Shown: piece after piece, positions 1 to 14,028 of the stretch
How the letters are laid out: the number at the start of each line of letters is the position of its first letter
How positions within the stretch are numbered: position 1 is the first letter of the stretch
NCBI RefSeq assembly: GCF_032444005.1
Contig: NC_091282.1
Location: 968,006,001-968,070,000 of the forward strand
Source of the DNA: Ranitomeya imitator
Taxonomy: Eukaryota
Direction of reading: 5' to 3'
Length of the DNA: 64,000 bases
The notes under the pieces: generated by a model
The model's database searches: none
What the model saw: the letters and a program-made list of their open reading frames with translations, nothing else
Told to the model about the DNA's origin: nothing
Position numbers and translations under genes: made by a program

Positions 1-282
1 CGCAAACTTTATATCTTCTTCCCTTCTTCAAAAGTTGGGAGGTATGGTACCGCATTTGCCAGATCATGGCAAGTGCCGCAAATCCCATAGGGAATGAATG
101 AGGTTGAACGCTGTGTTGCTGTAAGTGATCCGGTACGCGGCAGATGCAGAAAAACTGCCGGATCTGCTGCAAAAGGCGACTTTCACATCAGCGATTCTTG
201 CCAAAGTCTATGCCGATAGTGTCATACTCACCAAAGGGGGAGGCAGCACTAAAAGTGCCTAGGGCAGCAGAAACTCTAAATA

Positions 283-780
283 CAGCCCTTGGGGGCTACA
301 TTATATTCTGTGGGGTGACTGCATTATACACAGGGTACTACATTATATTATGGGGGGCTACATCATACTATATGAGGGGTTATAGTATACTCTTTGGGGC
401 TGCATTATATTCTGTTGTGGGGCTGCATTATTCTCTCGGGACTACATTATATTATGGGGGGCTACATCATACTATATGAGGGGGCTACAGTATACTCTAT
501 GGGGGGCTGCATTATATTCTGTGGTGGAACTGCATTCTCTCAGGGGACTACATTATATTCTGTGGTGGATTGCATTATACTATTTGAGGGGGGCTGCATT
601 ATACCATATGGGGGTGCTACATTATATTCAATGGTGGGGACTGTGTCATACCTGAAGGGGTTGTATTATATTTTGTGGGGTGCTGCATTATATTCTATGA
701 GAGGGGACCGCATTATATTTTATGAGGGGGCTACATTATATTTTGTGAGGGGGCTACCACAACCCTTGCTACATTATTAA
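283..780. repeat. Degenerate ~20-21 bp minisatellite (gggggctacattatattctgt-like)
   Basis: Tandem units visible; explains ORFs 144-479 and 394-780. A related array lies at 40485-41060. Confidence 0.85.
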
Positions 781-924
781 GATGTGAACTACCTTATATT
801 ATACCCTGATATTGGCGCTTTTTACCACACAATTGGTGGTCTTGTATCTATTTCTATGTAGCTACATAGTGGGCCCCAAGAATGATTTTCTCTGGTGGGC
901 CCAAGGTGCTCCAGTCCGACGCTG
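290..924. mobile_element. Right part of a non-autonomous hAT-like element carrying the minisatellite
   Basis: Ends in gggcccaag...cagtccgacgctg (reverse complement CAGCGTCGGACTG, a CAG-type terminus with gggcc subterminal motifs). No left end or TSD identified. Confidence 0.45.
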
Positions 925-3900
925 CCAAGACTGCAGTTGCAGACCATGTCAGTAGTTCCAGCTCCATGCTGAAACTACACTACCCAAGACGCACTGCTCT
1001 ATTCTGTGATCTGGTACAGCATTCCGCCATCCTCTCACTTCCTTCTCTAGTTCATCTCGCCATATCATGCTGCCCAAAAGTAATATGCTCCTGATGTTTT
1101 CTCCTGTAAATGTGGCCTGTAGATAGGACATCATTAGAGCTGGATCACTGTCGATGGCATAGTATAACCAGCGCTGAAGTACAGGAACAGGGTACATTTG
1201 ATCATTTAAGTCAACTACAAAGATGGTATTCTGGAGAACTTGGGTTCATTGGCACATAAAAGTTTGATCTGAAGAACAAACTAGAGCAAAAAGATGTGTA
1301 GAACTCTAGCACAACAGCAACGTGGCCTGTCCATGGCGCCCAGAGCCCTGTGCTTCTCCTACTGTCCAGCAACACCAGTGCCTCTTCTGGTTTGTAGACA
1401 GGGTGCGCCTTCATGCATGTGTCATCAAGCAACAATATCATCGCACCAGGCCCACTAGTCCAAAGAAGCACCAGTGATCACGGTGAGTAGGAGGAGGTTC
1501 ACAGGGTGCTGGTCTCCCAGCCATGGACTATTGACTAGGACGTTGGCCTATGATCCTGTAACTCTGCCACAATATCAAATTTGCTTGTGAATATGATATT
1601 TTACTCCTGTACATTACATAATGACAGTATACAGTGACTATACAGTATTTACCACCCAATACGCCATCCTGATGAGTGTTTTTGCATAGAAAAATGGAGC
1701 AAGACGCAGCAAAAAAGAACATTTATACAGGCTTGTTAGGCTGGATAATGTGTTTTCAAGCGTACTAATACTCTTTCTGACTAATTCTCCCACTTTAAAC
1801 ACAATTACACATAGTTTTCTTTCTCCTGTCTTAATCCCTGCCATCTGGTCCTCATAAAATGTGAGTGGAGAGAGGAGGCTAACCTATTCAGTACTCAAGA
1901 GCAAAACATATGCATCTATCTATCTATTTATCTATCATCTATCTCATAACTAGAATATATAAATATGTATATAAAAGAATACTATATATGCTAATATAGC
2001 GTGTGTTCACATTTGTCACACATTTATCAGGGTTCCCTGCTCTTCTGAACAACTTGCTGATGAAATTTACAGTGATAAACCCTTTCATACAGCAGGAATT
2101 CTTATTTTAATACACCGTTCTATTAATATGGAAAACAAAGTGGGGCATATTTACTAAAATTGTCTTAAAAGTAGCATCATAGAATTAGTTTCAGTGGCCC
2201 ATACTGGGCAATATATTTAGACTGTCGTGGGGGAAAGTTTCTTCTACTCACGTCCTGTCCTGTCCTCACGTCTGCCTTTACACCACCTTCTGCTTGGCTT
2301 ACTTTAGACCATTTTCATTTATTTACAACTCACAAAAGGAGTATCAAAATAAATATTATTCTATTGTATGGTATTATATTGACAATTTCAATTCTTTCAT
2401 ATTACATTTTAATGTCCATCTCACAGGACTTCCTATATGTCTGTTCTGTGTATAGAAAGCTGAGGAATTATTGGGTTTCATAAAACAACCAAGTAGTTTT
2501 GCAAAACACAAGAAAATAGAAACAAATTCAGGGCATTTTTTCCTGTAACATTCAGGTTGGGTCTCTGGCCAAAGCACATTTTCCGTATTCTGAGTGGGCT
2601 GAAGATAAAAACACTGACCTTTGTAAAAAATGCATTGGCGTAGTCATAAACAACAGATCAAAGATTCTGGAAAGAGAGCCACATTTGAAAAGCATAATGA
2701 AAAAAATCCAAGTTACACAAAAGCCTACAGAATAAAAATGAACGGATCTAACCAATCAATGGTTTTATTAATTGTGCATATTAAATGCTTATTAACCAGT
2801 ACATGAATACACTTCCAGCTTGTTTACTGGTTTGATTCAGACACTACTCTAATATTTGACAATACGAGAATACTGTAAATCAATGTTGTCCACCTTCCTG
2901 ATTCATGTCCACTAATGACGGGTTTACAAAGCACAATCCAGGCCGACAAACGATCATGTAAGCTCATCAGCGGTCATTTCATTGCCTGTTAACATTGGCT
3001 GACAACAAGTCACGCAGAACGCAAGGGGTTACATTATTTTTCCAGATCGTCAGTATTTATAAACTTGTCCAATATTGTTACATGATCTTTATAAGAACAA
3101 TATTATATGATTTTTTGGTTCCTCTGCAAACACAAATATCACCATCCTGAATACTTTTTATCATAAAATATCATTATTGTTAACACAACATCAAACATGA
3201 AGAAAATCTATGGTCTTCAACTATTTGGAAGCAATATCTCCCACTGACATTTAATTGAGAACATAAGATTATTTCTGAAGTAGAGCTGTGATTCATAGTC
3301 TGAGGGTTCTTGGGGAATATGACAATGAAATGATGCTTCAGTTTCTGAAAACTGTGTGAATAGCTGTCATTCAATTAATGCTCGCCAACAAGTGGCCACA
3401 TTCTGGCCGCAGATCAATTAGTGGCCAAGTGTTTACCAGAAAGACTTCGATGGAGCGCTTGTCACAGATTCACAGGAGGGTCAGCAGTAAATGCTTCTAT
3501 TATGATCAGAACAAACTGTCCTAACAGAGCCGGCCCCGCTTCTATGCTTGTAACCCGAGGGTAAAAGAAAACAGAATACAAAGAACAGCTGATATAGTCA
3601 GTCTCTGGGGTGCAAGGCGGTTCACAATGATAAAAATGTGGAAAAAGACAGCTTTGTCCCTAGGAATGGTATCTTTGAGAACATACATAGAAACGGGTAA
3701 CAGATTCGGATGCCAAGATTTTTCCTCTGATAAAACGTAATCTTATGCTCTACACATTGATAAATATGTATAGAATAGTGCTATATTGTGTCTCCTGTAA
3801 CGAACGGGTCCTCAATGAACAGAGTTTTCCAACCTCTGAATGGAGTATGGATATAAATGGAGGATGATGTCTCTCTCCCATCCTATTTTTTGTAATAGTC

Positions 3901-4005
3901 TAGTACGTCAATATCACAGTATCTGAGCAGTTCAAGTCCCATGCCAAGTATACACATTGTATTTAGCAAAAATCTGCTTCTTGGAGAGATTAATGGCCAC
4001 CTTAA

Positions 4006-4358
4006 AGGGAATCTGCCAACAAGTTTTTGCTAAGTCATCAGACAGCAGAATAATGTAGGAAAAGAGACCCCGATTCCAACGATGTATCACTTAGTTTACT
4101 GGGTGCAGCAGTTGTGATACAATCAGAGTTTTTAGATGAAGCATGTAGGTAGCATTGTCTATTGACAGCAAGCTGCTAATCAGAGGAGCGGGTGTGGTCG
4201 GACCAGTGCACACATGAGCTGTAGTCCAAGCAGTGATGATCTGCTAATAAAATACATTTTGAAACAACAGTAAGGGACACATTGCTGAAATCAATGTCTC
4301 AGTCCCTACCTCATGCTGCCCTCTGATTCCATAACAAAAATCTGCTGACAGATTCTAT
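4006..4358. mobile_element. T2/Kolobok-type MITE
   Basis: TTAA flanks; TIRs agggaatctgccaacaagttttg / aaaatctgctgacagattctat. Confidence 0.7.
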
Positions 4359-4577
4359 TTAATGGGAATATTTTTGCATCGCTGTTCACATTTGAACATA
4401 TATTGCCAATCTGGTCATCCAGGGGCAAATGCCCAGTGTAACAGGTTAGAAAGCAGAGGACATCTGACTATTACAGGTGAACCAGAGCTGCCAGGTATAG
4501 CGTCAAGACATAACATAGAAGACATAGCAAATCTGGTATAATATGATGCTTGTGCTTGGTTTGTGATGTCTGCGCGT

Positions 4578-4591
4578 ATTGCCATGGTTAC
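4578..4591. promoter_or_regulatory. RFX X-box-like palindrome in ank2 intron 1
   Basis: attgccatggttac (reverse complement GTAACCATGGCAAT) versus consensus GTNRCC(N0-3)RGYAAC, one mismatch. Confidence 0.35.
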
Positions 4592-5468
4592 TGTATAATA
4601 CCGTAGACATCCGCTCTTTACAAATATGGTTTCTGATTATTAATGACCACACAGTCTCACAGACACAGCTATAATAGTGTCCGCTGTACAGTCTGCACTG
4701 TAGCCAGGTTTATCTGCTCCGTTCTCTACAAGTCTGATTCAGCATGACACTTTTATCCATGAAGATGCTGCTTTTGCCCTTGGTCGATCACCAAATCTCC
4801 TCAGTGTTTTCTCACATCAGACTGTTATTTCGCTGGGTTCTTTTACAACCTTTCTCTAAGCTTTTTTTTCTCACATCATTTCTCAGCCATTACATATTTG
4901 ATTCATTTGTAGCATATAATCAAGGACGACCTTGATGGTTTCAGAATTATATTCTATAATTCTCACTTACTATTGAATGCCTGAACTCTAAATCTGGCCT
5001 TACACCTCAGCTAGCTTGTTCAACTAACAGTAATTTGTTCTGACCCCCATATCTCAAACACAAGTACCCCCGGATCTGCAGAAAATGCACATACTACTAG
5101 ATACCACTTACGACGGCTTATCTCGAAGTCCAAGATGGCCCATTATCTCCCAATGCTGAAATCCAACTTGCCCAATTCTTGAAGTCACATCAAGTGGTCA
5201 TTATCTAATGCTAAGATCAGCAGCAGTAACGGACATTCATATAGTGCACACACACCGATGGTTGCCCATAGATGGACTATAATGAGAATAATCTGGGCTA
5301 CCGACCAGGGCCCAATGGTCCAGGGGGCTATGGCTAGATTGCCCTCATTGTAATATTTGTTTGTCACACCATCAGCAGCGCTTATCGCCAGCAAGGAGTG
5401 CTTCGCTGCTCTGTGGCTGGCAATAGAGAAACTGAACATTGCTGCTGCCATCAACTTCTCTATGACTC

Positions 5469-6222
5469 AGGGAGCTATGTGCAGGCTCATACTGTATATT
5501 GGGAGTTATGTGCGAGCTCATAATCTATATAGGGAGCTATGTGGGGGCTCATACTTTGTGTAAGGAGTAATGAGCGGGCTCATGCTGTATATAGGGAGCT
5601 ATGTGTGGGCTTATACTGTATATAGGGAGCTATATGCGGGCCTATACTGTATAGAGGGCGCCATGTGCAGCTCATGCTTTATATAGGGAGCTATGTGCGG
5701 GCTCATACTGTATATAGGAGGCTATGTGAGGATTCATACTCTATATAGTAGACTTTGTGGGAGCTCATACTGTATATAGGGGGCTATGTACGGGCTCATA
5801 CTGTATGTAGGAGACTATATGGGGGCTCATACTGTATATAGGGAGCTATGTGCGGGCTCAAACTTTATACAGGGAACTAAGTGCGGACACATACTGTATA
5901 TAGGAAGCTATGTGCGGGCTCATACTGTATGTAGGGGGCTGTGTGTGGGGTCACACCGTATGTACAGGACTATGTGGGGGCTCATACTGTATATAGCGGG
6001 CTATGTGCAGGTTCATACTGTATGTAGGGGCTGCGTGTGGGCTCATACTGTATCTCAGGGGCTGTGCGGACTCATACTGTATGTAAGGGGCTGTGTGGAG
6101 GCTCATATTGTATGTAGGAGACTATATGGGGGCTCATACTGTATATAGGGAGCTATGTGCGGGCTCAAACTTTATACAGGGAACTATGTAAGGGGCTGTG
6201 TGGAGGCTCATATTGTATGTAG
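5469..6222. repeat. ~30-31 bp minisatellite (gggagctatgtgcgggctcatactgtatata)
   Basis: About 24 degenerate tandem units. Confidence 0.9.
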
Positions 6223-6456
6223 GGTCTTTGTAGGGGCCTATTGCCTTGGTCCATGAGCTATTATCCTCATTGCAGTATGGCTTATGGTCTCCTTTTCTTG
6301 TCCAGATTGAAGGAATTCCTTGATGAAGCCCTGAATGACCAAAGGATGGGGGAAACACGTAGGAATAAGATGCCATTAAGCTAAGTACACAACTGTTCAG
6401 GTCATATAAGGTCTATATATTAATATATAGGATAGTCCACGTCCGTGTCTGAGGTA

Positions 6457-7621
6457 CCGTATATACTAGAGTATAAGCAGAGACCCCTAATTTTGCCACC
6501 AAAAACTGGGAAAACTTAATGACTCGAGTATAAGCCTAGGGTGGGAAATGCAGAAGCTACAAGTAAATTTTTTTTAAAAATAGATACCAATAAAAGTAAA
6601 ATTAATTGAGACATCAGTAGGTTAAGTGTTTTTGAATATTCATATTGAATCAGGAGCCCCATATAATGCTCCATAAAGTTCATGATGGTCCCCATAAGAT
6701 GCTCCATACAAAATACGCCCCGTATAATGCTCCATAAAGTTCATGATGGGCCCCATAAGATGCTCCATAATAAAATATCCCCCATATAATGCTCCATAAA
6801 GTTTATGATGGGCCCATAAGATGTTTCATACAAAAATATGCCCCATATAATACTGCACAAAGTTTGATTATGGCCCCATAAGATGCTCCATAGAAACATG
6901 TGCCTCATACAATGCTGCATAAAGGTTGATTATGGTCCCATAAGATGCTCCATAGAAACATTTGCCCCATATGCTGCTGCTGCGATTAAAAAAAAAAGAC
7001 ATACCCACCTCTCGTCCTGAGCAGGTGGGGACACCGGCACTTGCGATATTCACCTGTCCCCGTTCCACCGCCGCTCTGTCTTCCGGGCTTTTGCAGTGAC
7101 TGTTCAGGCAGAGGGCAGCGCGCACACAAACCATGTCATCGCGCCCTCTGACGTGAACGTCACAGCCAGAGGACGCAGAAGACACAGCGGCGTGCAGCGG
7201 TGGAACGGGGACAGGTGAATATCACATGGCTCACCCTCCCCCGTTATACTCACCCTCCCTGCTTCTCTGATACGATGGTCTCTGACGCCGGCAGCTAGTT
7301 CCTGTGTTCAGCGGTCACTGGTACCGCTCATTAAAGTAATGAATATGAACTCCGCCCCTATGGGAGTGAAGTCGCAACCATATTCATTACTGTAATGAGC
7401 GGTACCATGTGACCGCTGAACACAGGAAGAGCTGCAGGCGCCCAATGACCATCGGAGAAGCAGGAACACGCATAGACGTGCAGGGAGCAGGTGAGTATGA
7501 TGTGACAGCTGTCGCTCCCCCGCCAACCCCCTGGGACAATGACTCGAGTATAAACCGAGAGAGGCACTTTCAGCCTAAAAAAATGGGCTGAAAATCTCAG
7601 CTTATACTTGAGTATATACGG
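6457..7621. mobile_element. Tc2-like (Tc1/mariner superfamily) non-autonomous DNA transposon, copy 1
   Basis: TA|ccgtatatactagagtataag ... cttatacttgagtatatacgg|TA; internal ccccatataatgctccat minisatellite at ~6655-6975. Confidence 0.8.
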
Positions 7622-8084
7622 TATATGGATGTTTTGTGGTTTTAATTGCACTGCTAATTGATTGGCCACATATGCACGGAAGGGTTATTCTTTGTTTGAC
7701 AAGAACACTATATATATTTCTTTTTGGACTTTGTTAGGGGGGGTTCTGGTCAGATTGTTGAAAAATATTGATGATCCATATACACCCCTCACCCCACTAG
7801 TATATAGAGTGTATATATTTACAGTATATACGTCCATTCCATATTATCTGATCACCTATAGAGGATGCCTGGTCAGTAAGAGTAGTGGTAGGGCTACATA
7901 GGAGCAGTGGGGCGCCATACCATTTCAATTTAGGGTGTCAACCTTCACTGTCAGTAACGGCAAAACTAGTCCCTATCCCCCCTCATTTCTGTTGTTATTT
8001 TTTTTATTTATTTTTTTTAAATATGGTAACTGTTTTTCTCTGCAAATATGTGTGCATTTATGTCTTTATGTTTTAGGTTTTTAA

Positions 8085-9378
8085 CCCCTTTCTGACCTCA
8101 GATGGGATAGTACGTCCGAGGTCAGAACGCCTGCTTTGATGCGGGCTCCGGCGTTGAGCCCGCATCGGGCTCCGGCGTTGAGCCCGCATCAAAGCCGGGA
8201 CATGTCAGCTGTTTTGAACAGCTGACATGTGCCAGCAATAGTGGCAGATGGAATCGCGATCCACCCGCCGCTATTAACTAGTTAAATGCCGCTGTCAAAC
8301 GCTGACAGTGGCATTTAACTACTGCTTCCAGCCATCGGGCAGGGAATGAGCACATCGCTGACCCCGTCACGTGATTGAGGGTCAGTGATGTGTCGGCATG
8401 ACAACCAGAGGTCTATTGAAAACCGCTATGGTTGTTGATGCAAGATTGCTGTGAGCGCCACCCTGTGGTCGGCGTTCATTGCAATGCAGTAATTCAGCTA
8501 CATAGGAGCGATCTATGCATCGCTCTTATGTAGCAGGGCCGATCGAGTTGTGCCAGCTTCTAGCCTCCCATAGAGGCTATTGAAGTATAGCAAAAGTTAA
8601 AAAAAATGTATGAAAAAAACGAAAAAAATATAAAAGTTTAAATCACCCCCCTTTCACCTCATTCAAAATATAACAATAAAAAAATCAAACCTACATATAT
8701 TTGGTATGACCGCGTTCAGAATCGCCCGATCTATCAATAGAAAAAAGGATTAACCTGATTGCTAAACGACGTAGCGAGAAAAAATTGAAACGCCAGAATT
8801 ACGTTTTTTTGGGTCTGCGCAACATTGAATTAAAATGCAATAACGGGCGATCAAAAGAACGTATCTGCACCAAAATGGTATCACTAAAAATATCAACTCG
8901 ACACACAAAAAATAAGCCTTCACCCGACCCGAGAGCACAGAAAATGGAGACGCTACGGGTAACAGAAAATTGCACAACTGTTTTTTTTTTTTTTTTTTTT
9001 AGCAAAGTTTGGAATTTTTTTTTACCACTTAGATAAAAAAGAACCTAGACATGTTTGGTGTCTATAAACTCATAATGACCTGGAGAATCAGAATGGCAGG
9101 TCAGTTTTAGCATTTAGTGAACCTAGCAAAAAAGCCAAACAAAAAACAAGTGTGGGATTGCACTTCTTTTGCAATTTCACCGCACTTGGAAATTTTTCCC
9201 GCTTTCTAGTACACAACATGCTAAAACCAATAATGTCATTCAAAACTAGAACTTGTCGCGCAAAAAATAAGCCCTCACATGGCCATATTGACGGAAAAAT
9301 AAAAAAGTTATGGCTCTGGGAAGGAGGGGAGAGAGAAACGAAAACGCAAAACCGAAAAAAGCTAGGGTCATGAAGGGG
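8085..9378. mobile_element. piggyBac-like non-autonomous element, copy 1
   Basis: TTAA|cccctt ... aagggg|TTAA; colinear with 41853-43162 and more decayed at CpG sites. Confidence 0.8.
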
Positions 9379-9525
9379 TTAAACTAACTAAATAAAAAAT
9401 AGGATTTTGCAGGGGTTGGTTTTGTTATGTTTTACATGTATAAGGGCCCCATAGGTTGATCGCTTTGGTTGTTGATTGAGGGGTCTATGTGGAGGCTTGT
9501 ATATAGGGGATGTCAGTGTACTTAA

Positions 9526-10048
9526 AGGGAACCTGTCACCTGAATTTGGCAGGCCCTTTGTTCGGTCCGATGGGCGGTGTTTTCGGGTCTTTTATTCACC
9601 CCTTCCTTTCCCGCTGGCCGCACGCTGGCCACAATATTGTCTTGAAGTTAATTCGCCTTCCTCCGTAGAACACGCGTGCGCAAGGCAATCTTGCCTTGCG
9701 CATGCACAGTATGCTTTGCCCAACTGCGGGCAAAGCCGAAAAGCATTAGTGCGCATGCGCCGGCGCACTATGTCCCTGAAGTATTTTGCGGTGTTCCGGG
9801 ACATAGTGCGCCGGCGCATGCACACTAATCCTTTTCGGCTTTGCCCGCAGTTGGGCAAAGCATACTGCGCGTGCGCAAAGCAACATTGCCTTGCGCACGC
9901 GTGTTCTACGGAGGAAGGCGAATCAACTTCAAGACAATATTGTGGCCAGCGTGCGGCCAGCAGGAAAGGAAGGGGTGAATAAAAGACCCAAAAACACCGC
10001 CCATCGGACCGAAAAAAGGGCACGCCAAATTCAGGTGACAGGTTCCCT
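9526..10048. mobile_element. Fold-back (near-perfect palindromic) T2/Kolobok-type MITE, long form
   Basis: TTAA|agggaacctgtcacctgaatttggc ... gccaaattcaggtgacaggttccct|TTAA; arms complementary up to the centre, giving mirror-image ORFs 9476-9982 and 9592-10086. Confidence 0.9.
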
Positions 10049-11162
10049 TTAATTCTGCTCAATATTAAGTCATAAAATATATGCAAAAAATTATAGTTAA
10101 TATGTTCATATTAATATAGAGAAGAATTCATTTCAGCCTATTGGTTCAGCCTCCACAATAGTTATGGTCCGTCATATGGCCCCCTAGGAAACTGAATCAC
10201 CTACCCCTGCTCTATAACATATAGCGCTATTTTATGTATAGTGATAAACAGAAGGGAAAAATTTGTGCGGCGCTCATGGCGTGCAGCTATCTGTCAGAGG
10301 GTGGGAAAGCACACCTTCTAAACTGCTCGGGGCACAGCCTGCAAGGGTCCTGCAGCAGTATGGAGGAACGAGGGTTAAGTACCTGCACGCCACCGCACAG
10401 TAGGAGCATATATCCTGGAATGATGTGAACCAGCCTACTAGTTCCATTTTACATTAGTGCGCAATGAGTTGGCATGTTTCCTACAAAAAATGTGTCACTA
10501 TCTCTCCACTGAACTTGGGTACCAATACATGACCTGAGCAAAACCAAGGCTTACATTGTCCTATGACACTTCATAATGGAAGAATGAAATCTTTTCTACA
10601 CATAGTACCCTTGGATTATTATTAATGGATTCCCAGTTCTGGGGCTCAGCAATGGAGAGCGGCATCCTCGCCCAGCTAGTGAAACTAATGTCATATATTC
10701 AGGCTCCCTATTGATGCGCTGGGAAATAGCAGACAAACTGCTGAGACCATGGGAGCAGGCGGGAGTGTTGGCAGCGGGCTGTCAGAAGGAAATATTACAC
10801 TCATGGAAGAAGTGGTGACAGATGATTAACCCCTTCCTGCCTGATTTGTACTCAGCACTACCCGGGAAAGTCCTTCTGGGGCTAGGTGCAAACTACGCTC
10901 GGTCTGAAAACATGACAGTATACGCTTGAGACAAATAGATTTCGTCCGTCAAAAAAAAAAGGTCTTCAATTGTGCATTTCAGTTTTAAGAGGGAGTTAGA
11001 TATTGTTTTGCCTTTTTTTATCTAGAAAAAGATCTAAATCTACTAAGGATGCGAAATATGTCTGTAGTTAACTTACATTAAAATAAGCAAAACTTAAGGA
11101 ATCACCCAAAAGTAATAGGCAGAAAAAAATAATAAAAGAAAAACATATTAGTCTCCTGGTAA

Positions 11163-11590
11163 AGGGAATCTGTCACCTGGCTTTGGCCACCTAATCTGAG
11201 AGCAGCATAATGTACATACAAGGGCCATGATTCCAGTGATGTTTCACTTATTTGGGTTGCTTGCTGTAGTTTTGATAACATCACAAGAGATTATCACTAG
11301 AGGACCAATAAAACTGCTGCCATGTAGCAGTCCTTCATTGTGATGAGCTCTGTATACCCGCCCCCACCACCGATTGGCAGTTTTCTGCTTATGCACAGCG
11401 TACACAGGAAGCTGCCAATCAGTGATGTGGGCAGGGTTATACAGAGCTCAACATTCAGAGAACTGCAGAGAAAACAGTGATTCTATCAAAACTGTAGGAA
11501 GCAGCCAGGTAAGTGACACATTGTTTGAATCAGGGTCTCTCCTTCTGCTGCTCCCAGATGAGGTAGCCAAAGCCTGGTGACAGATTCCCC
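11163..11590. mobile_element. T2/Kolobok-type MITE
   Basis: TIRs agggaatctgtcacctggctttggc / ccaaagcctggtgacagattcccc; TTAA on the right, gtaa on the left. Confidence 0.75.
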
Positions 11591-12394
11591 TTAATCTCCC
11601 TCTGGTCTTTAGTTACAGGCCAGCATCACTGACTTGTCATACTGGCTTGTAATGGATGGCGCAAATCTGTGGCTGAAAAGGTGATGCCAGTAAGTACGGG
11701 ATCGAAATGAAGATGTTCACTGGCAGTGAAATGTATCATGTGAAAAATATGGGTGTTTTTTGCACGTAATCTTTCTATACTGTGTATTAGCTACATAATA
11801 TGCACTAGTGAGGAATTGTTACAACATCTCTGTAAAAGATACTTGTGCGGCACTGATGACTGGCCTCAGAACGTATTGATCGTTACCATGGTGTACTGTT
11901 ACTGTTGCCAGGGGACAATACTGGAGGATCTGTAACATTTTCCTATAGAAAAGGGACTTTCATGAATGACTCTCTGTTCACAAATGCAAGCAGAATGAAT
12001 ATATGCTGCTACAGTGCTTGGGACACTGCTGTCTACAAAGTAGTCCTTGAGGGGAAAGGAAAAGGGCACATCAAGAGGGTTTGCCTGTTTGTCTTGTCCT
12101 ATACTGGAAATGTTGAGTCAATAGGACATAATCTGACCTTCAGATCATGTACTGGGAATGTATTGTGCTCATTTTAGGATATGCCCATTGATTTCATTGG
12201 TTTTGTCCATGGATTTCTTTATTATAAATAATTCTCTGATATTTTTCATATTCTAATTGTTATCCTAAATTCCAGGACAGGACAGGGCAAAGCTATTTAC
12301 ATTTTGCCACATAGAAAATACAGGATGCGATAAACGGGGCTTGGATACTGTAATCTAAGAAAAAATAGGGAGGGAATGATTGGGTGGAAATGGC

Positions 12395-13104
12395 TCTACT
12401 CCCCCAGTGGGGTCTATTCCCCCAGAAGGGTCTACTCCCCCAGTGGGGTCTATTCCCCCAGAAGGGTCTACTCCCCCAGTGGGGTCTATTCCCCCAGAAG
12501 GGTCTACTCCCCCAGAAGGGTCTACTCCCCCAGTGGGGTCTACTCCCCCAGAAGGGTCTACTCCCCCAGTGGGGTCTACTCCCCCAGAAGGGTCTACTCC
12601 CCCAGCAGGGTCTACTCCCCCAGTGGGGTCTACTCCCCCAGAAGGGTCTACTCCCCCAGTGGGGTCTTCTCCCCCAGTGGGGTCTACTCCCCCAGCAGGG
12701 TCTACTCCCCCAGCGGGGTCTACTCCCCCAGAAGGGTCTACTCCCCCACAAGGGTCTACTCCCCCTGTGGGGTCTACTCCCCCAGAAGGGTCTACTCCCC
12801 CAGTGGGGTCTTCTCCCCCAGGGGGGTCTACTCCCCCAGCAGGGTCTACTCCCCCAGCGGGGTCTACTCCCCCAGAAGGGTCTACTCCCCCACAAGGGTC
12901 TACTCCCCCAGTAGGGTCTACTCCCCCAGAAGGGTCTTCTCCCCCAGTAGGGTCTACTCCCCCAGTGGGGTCTACTCCCCCAGTGGGGTCTACTCCCCCA
13001 GTAGGGTCTACTCCCCCAGTGGGGTCTACTCCCCCAGTAGGGTCTACTCCCCCAGTGGGGTCTACTCCCCCAGTGGGGTCTACTCCCCCAGTGGGGTCTA
13101 CTCA
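12395..13104. repeat. 18-bp minisatellite (tctactcccccagtgggg), ~39 units
   Basis: Highly homogeneous units with gtg/gaa/gca/gta variants; source of four overlapping long ORFs. Confidence 0.95.
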
Positions 13105-14028
13105 TAGCTTGTAAGCAAACCCAAAGCAGATACTGCATTCATACCATTAATGTTAATCATAGTCACAATGCCAAAGAGAATCATAGAGAGTAATGGTGGG
13201 AGTGTAACAGCTCTAAGACTTTCACAGAAGATGTACAATACATAAGAATAAATATTTAATCAGGATTTACCACTGTCTATATACAATATATGGATCAAAA
13301 AGTAAGAGAATGTGGTTAAAGTAAGAAGGGTCTAGCACTCAATTACCATTTCCAAAAGCGCTTGGTCATATTGCTTAGTACCTGCTATCAGTGAGGAAGC
13401 AGCAGATCACGCTCGGGGCAGGTCCTAAGCCAAAACAAGTATGTAGGATCCTTCTCTCCCTCGGCATCATATGTCAGGGGAAAGTTTTAAAGGCCCCAAT
13501 ATCAGAATGTGTACTTGCGGAACGAGCCCTTTAAAAACACGCTTTTTAAATCAAAATACAGAGACTTCAATGTCAATTAGACCAATTTTTTAGCTAAAGC
13601 ATTGGGTCATCATCCCACACAAGAGAAATATTCAGGAGAAACTATGTTCGCAGAAAAATGATTATTCCTTGCCACTGACAGCAACAGTGACCCCAAATAA
13701 AAAATATGCAATTCACATATATAATCTAGGTGTTGGACTGTATATGGGAAGTCTATAGTGGTAAGAGATTTTCATATATTCGGTTTCCCTGATATCTGCT
13801 GACCAGGTAAGAAATGATATATACATCTGTGTCCTGGTATATGGAATACTGCGATCATTAACAAGGGGTTGGTTTATGGGGTTTGACTGTATTACAAAAC
13901 TCTCAATGTCCAAAACTGAAAAATAAATACAGCTGAACTCCACTTGTATTATGCACAATTACCGTAATTATACTGTATGTTCAGCAAAAATTAAGCAACT
14001 TCGGTGCCCGGTGAGTAAATTTGCTTAA

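Noticed and set aside
949-1471. Two minus-strand ORFs of 82 and 86 aa
   Set aside because: No recognisable domain or splice signals; possibly very old retroelement decay, but unassignable.
6306-6385. Plus-strand acceptor followed by LKEFLDEALNDQR...
   Set aside because: Isolated, antisense to ank2, no convincing donor or homology.
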